From the IMG/VR virus record IMGVR_UViG_3300028805_000056, positions 32,001-96,000 of that record: 64,000 nt of DNA; one strand, 5' to 3'. The translations under genes and the position numbers were made by a program. This DNA comes from a virus (taxonomy: Duplodnaviria; Caudoviricetes). This document shows positions 10,099 through 17,265 of this stretch, in pieces (within the stretch, counting starts at the first letter, position 1; each line of letters starts with the position of its first letter). Under the pieces are notes generated by a model. The model did not search any database and was not told the origin of the DNA. It was given only the letters and a program-made list of their open reading frames with translations.

Positions 10099-10869
10099 TT
10101 ACAAATTTTCTTTTATCTTATTTAAGAATGAAATAATATATTCGTCATCTGCACCGCTCTTAACCAATTCTATAGCCTTATCCAACATTTGTCCAACATT
10201 TTCGTAGTCGGTGTCGTCACCGTATAATTTTCCGCCAAACCTATTGACAATTTGTCCGATAAGGTCATCATGATCAAATGCCCATTTAACATCACCCGCT
10301 TCAGACAGTGGCACCCACTTGATACCCCCGACTTCTCCATCCTCCATATTTTCCTTGGAGAATTTGTGACTTTCCATACCTCCGTTAAGGAATGAAACAA
10401 AATAGAATACAACATTCTGTCTATTCTCATTTGGACTTGAACTGTGTCCGATACACTTGATGTTTTGACATCTGATACCTGTTTCCTCGAAAACCTCTCT
10501 TGCTGCGGCTTCTTCTGCTGTTTCATTGTAGTCAAGATAACCACAAGGGAGATTCCAATAACCCTGATAATCAGGAGTACCGCTTCCACGTTCGTTAGCG
10601 AGGACGTACCATTGTCCATTATCATTTAATAGTACGGCAGTTGCAACAGCGACAGAACGGCTGAACCATTGGCTTGGTTTTCCGTTTTCATCGTATCCCT
10701 GTCTATTCTGCATAGAGGAGTCAACTCCCCATCCTTGTCCGCCTTTCTTTATTTCATTTCCGTATTTGTCGTATTTCTTAGGGGTGGTTTCCTCCTCCTC
10801 ATTCAAAAGGTTCTTTATCGTTTCAGATAACCATTGTGTAAGTGCAGGTTCAGTTATATGTTTATCCAT
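10099..10869 (-). CDS. NUDIX hydrolase
   Basis: Nudix box GYLDYNETAEEAAAREVFEETGI; AFDH motif. Confidence 0.9.
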   Translation of the reverse strand: MDKHITEPALTQWLSETIKNLLNEEEETTPKKYDKYGNEIKKGGQGWGVDSSMQNRQGYDENGKPSQWFSRSVAVATAVLLNDNGQWYVLANERGSGTPDYQGYWNLPCGYLDYNETAEEAAAREVFEETGIRCQNIKCIGHSSSPNENRQNVVFYFVSFLNGGMESHKFSKENMEDGEVGGIKWVPLSEAGDVKWAFDHDDLIGQIVNRFGGKLYGDDTDYENVGQMLDKAIELVKSGADDEYIISFLNKIKENL

Positions 10870-10901
10870 TAATGTATTCTTTTATAATAATTACCTGTTA
10901 C

Positions 10902-11150
10902 TTACTTTTGGTTGACCTTTTCTTCAATATAATCACAAAAACGGGATAATGTTTTTAGATGAGCCATCTCTTCACTTTTTGCTTTGAAACCGAAACTCTT
11001 GTGTAAGAATACAATAACTTGTACAAAATCAAGACTGTCTATTTCCAAGTCCTCTTTAAGACGCGCCTCAGGATGAATCCTATCCTTAGGAATCTCAAAA
11101 TCAACAATTAAAAAATTTCTTACAATTTCTTCTATTTCTTGTCTTGTCAT
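10902..11150 (-). CDS. acpP: Acyl carrier protein
   Basis: 82 aa, acidic, with the DLEIDSLD phosphopantetheine attachment motif. Confidence 0.85.
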   Translation of the reverse strand: MTRQEIEEIVRNFLIVDFEIPKDRIHPEARLKEDLEIDSLDFVQVIVFLHKSFGFKAKSEEMAHLKTLSRFCDYIEEKVNQK

Positions 11151-11173
11151 ATAAAACAGTATAATAAAAAATG

Positions 11174-11809
11174 CGGAGGCTGAGGGATTCGAACCCCCGG
11201 GACGCTGTTAACGCCCGCCGGTTTTCCATTACCACACTATGTTACCATAGCCAAACAAATGTGGACTGTTACTTTTGACTGCTTATGCTTTTACATGGCT
11301 CCTTTCAAAAGCTGTCTTTCGGTAATGTTTGTTGTAGTCTGGGACATATTAGTACCATATTGAAATCCTTGCAAGACAATGCCCTTATTATAGCGCTTTT
11401 AAGCAGATTGTTTTCTCCATATTAGTACAATCATTTCGCGGCATTATACGTCATTTCAACTTAGGCATCTCCTCTATGTTCTCTACACATTTATGAATTA
11501 TAATAGGACTCGAACCTATATTTCCGCCAATTACATCTTTACTCATTTCTGAGCCGATGAGTATATAATTCAATTTAGCTCGGTATTATCCTTACACATT
11601 ATTGGTTAGTGTGTAGATTATAATAAAAGTGCTTATTTATGAGATAAGCATCTGATAACGCTTCCCTTAAATCTACTTGGGGCACTTATCTTACTTTTAT
11701 ATTTCTAAGGACTTCCACCGAATTAGGGAGATTCTACTATGGGATTTCTCGCCATAGCACTCGAATTTGTTTCAAGACCGGTGCAATAGACCAACTCTGC
11801 CAAACCTCC
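11174..11809 (-). tRNA. tRNA-Ser(UGA) interrupted by a group I intron (exons 11774-11809 and 11174-11226)
   Basis: Acceptor GGAGGTT/AGCCTCC, G73, long variable arm; spliced anticodon arm CCGGT-CT-T|GA-AA-ACCGG. Confidence 0.9.
11227..11773 (-). ncRNA. Group I intron (IC3-like), 547 nt, no ORF
   Basis: P1 CUUGAA/UUCGAG with U.G at the splice site; P3 ATCTCC/GGAGAT; P/Q/R/S-like elements AATTCGGTGGAA, AATACCGAGC, GTAGAGAACATA, ATATGTCC; terminal G. Confidence 0.88.
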
Positions 11810-11813
11810 AAAT

Positions 11814-11954
11814 TGACAGGTTGGTTATTGCCAATAGTCAGAGGCTGTCCTCTCCGTAACTATTAATTGAAATTCTTGCAAGTGTCACCCGGTTATATGG
11901 GCTGTTAACAACCTTCAACTCCGAGATTCTAATTTCACAATACCAACTCTGTCA
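11814..11954 (-). ncRNA. Unassigned rod-like structured RNA (6S-like shape)
   Basis: Ends pair (TGACAG.GTTGGT.ATTG / CAAT.ACCAAC.CTGTCA); inner stems TCTC/GAGA and AGTTGAAG/TTTCAATT. Confidence 0.45.
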
Positions 11955-11966
11955 TTTTAAAATATA

Positions 11967-12165
11967 CAGTATGTTAAAACTTGAACAAAACTAAACTTGT
12001 TCATTATTAACTTCTTGCTTCAACCTACCACTGCTTTTTAGCAAATCATTTCTGACTGGTTCATCCACAGTTGGGTAGTCCACAAGCGTAAATTCGGTAG
12101 TACTGCTACCTATACCACTTCCTCATCCTGCGGGCTATCTCATCCCACCAGGGTACTTAAAACTA
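11967..12165 (-). mobile_element. Orphan TnpB omegaRNA/reRNA-like remnant (IS200/605 or IS607 right end)
   Basis: 11991-12113 translates to IGSSTTEFTLVDYPTVDEPVRNDLLKSSGRLKQEVNNEQV*, resembling (from recall) TnpB C-terminal tails that overlap omegaRNA; many hairpins; no tnpB body. Confidence 0.6.
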
Positions 12166-12226
12166 TGTTTTTCCCCCTCCTTCTTTGGATTCAGAAGTTA
12201 TGAGACCGCCGTCTCATTTTTTTTAG

Positions 12227-12309
12227 AGCCTTCTGTTGGATTCGAACCAACGTGTCCTTACGGATCCACATTACAAGTGTGGCGCAATCGGCCGCTATGC
12301 GAAGAAGGC
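12227..12309 (-). tRNA. tRNA-Thr(UGU) with an atypical long variable arm
   Basis: GCCTTCT/AGAAGGC, U73; CCACA-CT-TGT-AA-TGTGG; extra arm TCC-GTAA-GGA. Confidence 0.85.
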
Positions 12310-12315
12310 GAAAAA

Positions 12316-12515
12316 CAGGAGACAAATTGTCGTCTTTAGCGTCTAAATCCATTTTATTAATGTGATTTGCTGTACGTCTCCCATAGTCCTTAGGAGGCTC
12401 TGTCCCAATTTATTCACTAGGTAAATTTGCTGTGCGCCTCCCTATAACAGAAGTCTTTTATTCTTTTCTGTACCGCATTCATTGAGTAATAGGAATGTTT
12501 GCTGTTATGACTTCC
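12316..12515 (-). repeat. Three tandem stem-closed units sharing ACAGCAAA
   Basis: Units 12316-12382, 12391-12442, 12448-12515; covarying stems GGAGAC/GTCTCC, GGAGGC/GCCTCC, GAAGTC/GACTTC. Confidence 0.75.
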
Positions 12516-12637
12516 ATATTCGGCATCGTGAAACATAAAGATAACATCATAGATATTTCATATACCATCGTGACAGAAAAGAACACAATGCCTGTAAAAT
12601 TATCAAACTAAAACAAAGAACACTTTTTTTTTATTAG

Positions 12638-12707
12638 TTGCGGCGGCAGGACTCGAACCTACGGGGTCTTGCTTATGAGACAAGATTGAATACCAATTCT
12701 CACCGCG
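12638..12707 (-). tRNA. Atypical tRNA-Met(CAU), initiator-like C1:A72
   Basis: CGCGGTG/CGCCGCA; minimal D-arm GAAT-TGGT-ATTC; CTTGT-CT-CAT-AA-GCAAG; canonical T-arm. Confidence 0.7.
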
Positions 12708-12738
12708 ATATATTGTCATTTCTTTTTCATTGACAATG

Positions 12739-12770
12739 CAAAGATACAACTTTTTTTTGAAATGGCCAAA
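12739..12770 (-). promoter_or_regulatory. Bacteroidota sigma70-type promoter
   Basis: TTTG-N20-TATCTTTG upstream of the RNA cluster. Confidence 0.85.
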
Positions 12771-12775
12771 TTTTT

Positions 12776-12979
12776 TTAGGATTTTTTTTCCTCTTTTGCT
12801 TCTTTTTCTTCGATTCGGTACTCTCCGAGAAGTTTTTTATCGGGTTCCTTGCGTTTTCTACGCTCCTTTAGTTTCTCATTGGCCTCATCAATGGATTCGC
12901 AACGGTCAACCGTGAACCAATCGGTCCACTTGACACCGTCCCTGACCCTATATTGATATCTTCTCTCTATGTGAAACAT
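12776..12979 (-). CDS. Small hypothetical protein
   Basis: 67 aa directly downstream of the endolysin. Confidence 0.6.
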   Translation of the reverse strand: MFHIERRYQYRVRDGVKWTDWFTVDRCESIDEANEKLKERRKRKEPDKKLLGEYRIEEKEAKEEKKS

Positions 12980-12981
12980 AA

Positions 12982-13755
12982 TTATTTAAATTTGTTGTAC
13001 GCCGCTTCCAATTTTTGATCATATTTATTAGCCTTGTATCCGGCGCCGTTGTATCTGTATGCAATCTGTGCCCAATTTTTCTTCTGCATATACGGTACAA
13101 TACCTTTAGCCTTGATGAACTTTATGAATGCATAGAAGTGTGCATCTTCACTCTTGCATAATGCATTATAAAATTCCTTTGCAGAATTGTATCCGCATAC
13201 TTTATAATTATTGCCCATAATTTGGAACATACCATAGGATGCAGATTCATAGGCAGCAGCCTCATTTATCTTGATTGCCTTTTGAAGGCGGGCATATTCA
13301 CCTGAATTTTTACCTGTGTAATATTTCTTTGTCCAAGACTTATATAATATGTCTTCATTGCCCTTAACATATTTTGTAGGATCAATTTTCCTTGCCTGAA
13401 GTTGTTTCCAGAAAACATGACCCTCAAATAACATTGTCGGGATTCCGTTCTGTAATGCCTTGCCACCTGACTCAACGGTTTTAACGGCTTTCAATACGGC
13501 GACCTCAACGTCCAATTCGATTGATGCCTTTATGTAATCGGCATCAGTTAATTCTCCCGATTTAAGGTCGTTTTCGATCAATTTCATCCAAGTCTTATTT
13601 CCGACAATACCATCAGCAACAAGTCCATGTTCCTTTTGCCATTTTTTAACGGCTTCTGTAGTCTTAGGACCCCATATTCCGTCTTGTGTTGCTCCGATGT
13701 ATTTCTGAAGCAATTTTACGTCTCCGCCTTTTGATCCTTGTTTTATTGTATTCAT
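12982..13755 (-). CDS. Endolysin: peptidoglycan-binding domain plus N-acetylmuramidase (DUF3380-like)
   Basis: DGIWGPKT..AVKKWQKEHGLVADGIVG; VESGG, LFEGHVF, SASYGMFQIMG, YNGAGY motifs. Confidence 0.92.
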   Translation of the reverse strand: MNTIKQGSKGGDVKLLQKYIGATQDGIWGPKTTEAVKKWQKEHGLVADGIVGNKTWMKLIENDLKSGELTDADYIKASIELDVEVAVLKAVKTVESGGKALQNGIPTMLFEGHVFWKQLQARKIDPTKYVKGNEDILYKSWTKKYYTGKNSGEYARLQKAIKINEAAAYESASYGMFQIMGNNYKVCGYNSAKEFYNALCKSEDAHFYAFIKFIKAKGIVPYMQKKNWAQIAYRYNGAGYKANKYDQKLEAAYNKFK

Positions 13756-13799
13756 AAGTATTAACCTTTTATTAATAATTACTTACACAATCAATTTTG

Positions 13800-13873
13800 T
13801 ACCCCCAGCAGGATTCAAACCTGCGACCCCAACATTAGAAGTGTCGTGCTCTATTCACCTGAGCTATGGGGGC
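13800..13873 (-). tRNA. tRNA-Arg(UCU)
   Basis: Cloverleaf; CGACA-CT-TCT-AA-TGTTG. Confidence 0.9.
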
Positions 13874-13879
13874 ATCTTG

Positions 13880-13951
13880 TAGCGCGTAGGAGAGTCGAAC
13901 TCCTCTTTAGAGAATGAAAATCTCTCGTCCTAACCGATAGACGAACGCGCC
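13880..13951 (-). tRNA. tRNA-Glu(UUC)
   Basis: Cloverleaf; AGAGA-TT-TTC-AT-TCTCT. Confidence 0.92.
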
Positions 13952-13964
13952 TCCTCTTGTGTGT

Positions 13965-14489
13965 TTACCGCATCTTTTCCTTACATTCGGCTGCGGTTAT
14001 CTGTCCACACAGGTATCTCCAACAATACCAATATTTCTTTAATCGTTTAAGGTCCTTTTCTTCAAGTTTTGTTAACCTCTTGATATCCATGTTATCTTCA
14101 AGATCATAAATCTTGACTACCTTTGCAAGGTCGTTCTGACTGACTCTGAGAATGAAGTCGAAATAGTCTTTTTCTTCATCCTTTCTTGTAATTGCAACAA
14201 CTGCTTTCACTATCTCGTCATCAAAACCATCCTTAATAAGGTCACTGACTGTAGTATCCGTGTCTTCAAGAATGTCGTGCAGCAATGCGACAATACGTGC
14301 CTTACGATAAAAGCCTATCACCTCCTCGTCCGCCTCACTTAGTTCAAAGTCAGATACGATTTTACTAATTGCGCCTGACACAGAAAAGAGGTGTCCGATG
14401 TATGGGTGTCCGCCCTTGTCCACTTTTCCGGTAAATTTAGCCTTAATTAGCATTACTGCCTTTGTATATTGTTTTTCTAAATCTTCCAT
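13965..14489 (-). CDS. HD-domain hydrolase, SpoT/Mesh1-like (small alarmone hydrolase-like)
   Basis: DKGGHPYIGH, ALLHDILEDT, VKIYDLEDN motifs. Confidence 0.8.
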   Translation of the reverse strand: MEDLEKQYTKAVMLIKAKFTGKVDKGGHPYIGHLFSVSGAISKIVSDFELSEADEEVIGFYRKARIVALLHDILEDTDTTVSDLIKDGFDDEIVKAVVAITRKDEEKDYFDFILRVSQNDLAKVVKIYDLEDNMDIKRLTKLEEKDLKRLKKYWYCWRYLCGQITAAECKEKMR

Positions 14490-14490
14490 T

Positions 14491-14670
14491 TTATGTGTTT
14501 TCTATTTTTTTGTCTATTTCTTCTAACATTATGACAGCCATCTCCACAGCACGTTTAGCCGAGATATCACTTGATGTTCTGTCTGCTATCTTTGAAAATA
14601 TTGAACCGTCAGAGGACATTATTCCATTGATTATTTGTCCTGACAACTCAATTAGTTCCTCTCTTTTCAT
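14491..14670 (-). CDS. Small hypothetical protein
   Basis: 59 aa ORF MKREELIELSGQ... read by hand; abuts the HD gene. Confidence 0.55.
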   Translation of the reverse strand: MKREELIELSGQIINGIMSSDGSIFSKIADRTSSDISAKRAVEMAVIMLEEIDKKIENT

Positions 14671-14722
14671 AAAGTTTCCATTATAAACAAACTGCTCTTA
14701 GCCAGTCATTCACATTTTTTAA

Positions 14723-15639
14723 GGCAATGATATACTATTTGGCCCATTGCCCGACCATTTTAATCCCGAGGTTATCAGACCACTGGATTTTTTGTGTGCT
14801 TATTAAATGTTGTTATGCCGTCAATTTAAATGTATTCAATACTGATGAAGTATTTAAAACTCTTTGACCATCATCAATGCAATTATTATATCGAAATTGT
14901 TCGCTTTCTGAATAATCATTGTTTTCCATCAACTGTCTTGCTCTTTCGATAGCATTTTTGAGAATATTAAATGATTCGATAGGAAACTCATTCAATAATT
15001 CATCATCCTTTAAGTAAATGAAGTAATTAATGATGTTTATTACACGTTCCATTTCAGAAAGGCTCTTGGAATATTCAGCCCATATTCTATCTCTTTCATC
15101 ATTCTCGTTTACATTTTTAGATTCAAGTTGTTTTAAAAAGTCATTAACCTGAGAATTTATTTTATTTGACAAGAAATTAAAAGCATCTTGGCTTTTGAAA
15201 CCGAAAATAGTCTTTGTCTCTTCGTTACCATTTATTTTTCTTATATAGTGATAGTCATCAACTATGGAATATGATTTATTTCCGAGATAGATGATAACAT
15301 ACTTAGAAGGAACGTTAAAGCCATTTAACTGTTTACACATTTCTTCGACCTTACCGCTTGCTTCCAACCAAACCCATTCATCCCAATTTGTAATATTATA
15401 TTCCATAATCATTTCCAATAGTTTAACCGCAATGGTGTGGTTCCCGTCTTTTACACAAGATGCCCCAACACACTTATTTCCGCATACTGTTTAATATCAA
15501 TTCTTTATGCAAAGATACAATAATAATCCCTTATTGCAAAACTCTAATATACAATAGTATAAGAAAAATTATTAATGGCATATATAATTAGAACCATTTC
15601 CTTTTATTTATGGTCTGGGCCAAATTGTATATCATTGCC
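14723..15639. mobile_element. Non-autonomous insertion cassette (IS1595/IS1-like ends) carrying one passenger gene
   Basis: 23-bp terminal IR GGCAATGATATAC(T/A)ATTTGGCCC with 1 mismatch; 8-bp direct repeat TTTTTTAA at 14715-14722 and 15640-15647; no transposase. Confidence 0.8.
14813..15418 (-). CDS. Passenger hypothetical protein of the insertion cassette
   Basis: 201 aa; own TTTG...TATCTTTG promoter at ~15510-15540 and a leader hairpin. Confidence 0.7.
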   Translation of the reverse strand: MEMIMEYNITNWDEWVWLEASGKVEEMCKQLNGFNVPSKYVIIYLGNKSYSIVDDYHYIRKINGNEETKTIFGFKSQDAFNFLSNKINSQVNDFLKQLESKNVNENDERDRIWAEYSKSLSEMERVINIINYFIYLKDDELLNEFPIESFNILKNAIERARQLMENNDYSESEQFRYNNCIDDGQRVLNTSSVLNTFKLTA

Positions 15640-15696
15640 TTTTTTAAAGTCTTCTATTTTTGGTACTGTTAGCATTTCTCGTTTTCCTTTCTGCTG

Positions 15697-15728
15697 CAAA
15701 GATACAACAATTTTTTGAATTGACCAAA
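15697..15728 (-). promoter_or_regulatory. Bacteroidota sigma70-type promoter
   Basis: TTTG-N20-TATCTTTG. Confidence 0.85.
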
Positions 15729-15839
15729 TTTTTGGGCGTTTTTTTTTAATCACCCCATGAATTTTTACACAATAGGATGAGGGGTGACTCCTCGTAGCAA
15801 TGCAATAATGTCTTCTCTATCTAAATCAACATTCATAAC

Positions 15840-16064
15840 TTATTCCTCCATTGCTTTTCTTAAATCATCAATAAGTTGACTGCTTAAAACCTTACCATTT
15901 TCAAATTTTCGATAAAGATATTTACATACATGATCAATCATGGTTTTATCAGCCCATTCAGCACCTTCAATCCAATGGTGATAACAATCATTCCATTCGA
16001 CAGGGTGAGAATATTGGTCTGCCCTTATCTTAGCTTTTTGTTCTATTTCTTCTTTTCGTGTCAT
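15840..16064 (-). CDS. Hypothetical, paralog family D
   Basis: MTRKEEIE...GAEWADKTM; ATGA overlap with the upstream gene. Confidence 0.7.
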   Translation of the reverse strand: MTRKEEIEQKAKIRADQYSHPVEWNDCYHHWIEGAEWADKTMIDHVCKYLYRKFENGKVLSSQLIDDLRKAMEE

Positions 16065-16453
16065 ATCTTTCCATTTTCTTTTAGCCAACAAATCATTTCA
16101 AAGGCCGTGTCAATCGAATCTTTCCAACCATCATCATGATCACTATATATATCTATAAGACATTTCCTATCATTCCCGACATATCTCAATGAATTATCAT
16201 TTGCAAATTGCCATTCAAGAAAATAAAAATAACCACTATGCTCACTTTGTTTGATACATATACTTTTTGGCATCAATCCTAATAAAGCAGAAAGACTCCA
16301 AGCAGGATTTGTCACTTGAACATCAGGCAAATGTTCCCACATAAGTTTAACATCTACTCCGTTATCACGATAGAACATATCCGCAGTATTAACATCAATC
16401 CCAAGTTTTAATAGTTTCTTGGATTGTTCAATAGTTGTACAAATTTTATTCAT
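16061..16453 (-). CDS. Hypothetical, paralog family C
   Basis: NKICTTIEQSKKL...PAWSL...FEM..WLKENGKI. Confidence 0.8.
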   Translation of the reverse strand: MNKICTTIEQSKKLLKLGIDVNTADMFYRDNGVDVKLMWEHLPDVQVTNPAWSLSALLGLMPKSICIKQSEHSGYFYFLEWQFANDNSLRYVGNDRKCLIDIYSDHDDGWKDSIDTAFEMICWLKENGKI

Positions 16454-16643
16454 AATATCACGTTTATTTTTGTTTTTATTTCACAAATTGGATGCAAACT
16501 TCTCATTCTATCTAATTCATATTGAACATGCTGTTTGAACCAACAGTTATTGCAGTCATTGTTATTATAACAACTCATACTGCATCCGTAGTTTGCTAAT
16601 AGGCGTTCAACTTCAGACATAAGGATTATTATTCATAAATATA

Positions 16644-16859
16644 TTAATATCCAAAATAATCATCATCACTTAGTTGAATCTTCTCATTACATTCGGGGCA
16701 ATCTATATATTCATGGTGTATATACATATCATCTTCACATTTATATACATCTTCCTTATTAAAATTTAATATGGTATCACAACATGGACATTTTACAATA
16801 TACTTATAAAAATCTTCAACATTCTCGCATGAATGTCTTTGTGTAAGTTTATTAATCAT
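16644..16859 (-). CDS. Small zinc-ribbon protein
   Basis: CPCC...CPEC. Confidence 0.6.
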   Translation of the reverse strand: MINKLTQRHSCENVEDFYKYIVKCPCCDTILNFNKEDVYKCEDDMYIHHEYIDCPECNEKIQLSDDDYFGY

Positions 16860-16862
16860 AAT

Positions 16863-17261
16863 TTATTTTTTATATGGGTTATTTTCTTTAGTTACAGCAA
16901 TAGCAAGACCTTTCTCAATTAGTCCACGATAATCAAAATGATGAGCATTAAGCCAATTAATTGAATCTATACTAAGAATTGCCGTATATTTTTTACCAAT
17001 AACGAGTACATTTTCAGTGATTGAAGTAAACTCTTTTATTTCCTCTTCTGTCATACTTGACATTGGACGGAGATATGGTTTGACTTCTTCTATTAACGGT
17101 GAACCACTTGTAGTTGACATAAATGGTTTTACTAATGTGACTCTTCCAAACCCAATATCAATAATATTAAAATCTTCCCCTTTATATTGTACCATCAATC
17201 CATAATAAGGCAACCTTGCACAAAGGTCTTTAAATAATAGTTCTTTATCTTCTTGCGTCAT
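16863..17261 (-). CDS. Hypothetical, paralog family A
   Basis: KPYLRPMSSMTEEE and HHFDYRGLIEKGLAI. Confidence 0.8.
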   Translation of the reverse strand: MTQEDKELLFKDLCARLPYYGLMVQYKGEDFNIIDIGFGRVTLVKPFMSTTSGSPLIEEVKPYLRPMSSMTEEEIKEFTSITENVLVIGKKYTAILSIDSINWLNAHHFDYRGLIEKGLAIAVTKENNPYKK

Positions 17262-17265
17262 AATT

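Noticed and set aside
12316-12515. CRISPR mini-array
   Set aside because: Only 8 nt are invariant, the stems enclose the variable part, lengths are irregular, and no cas genes are present
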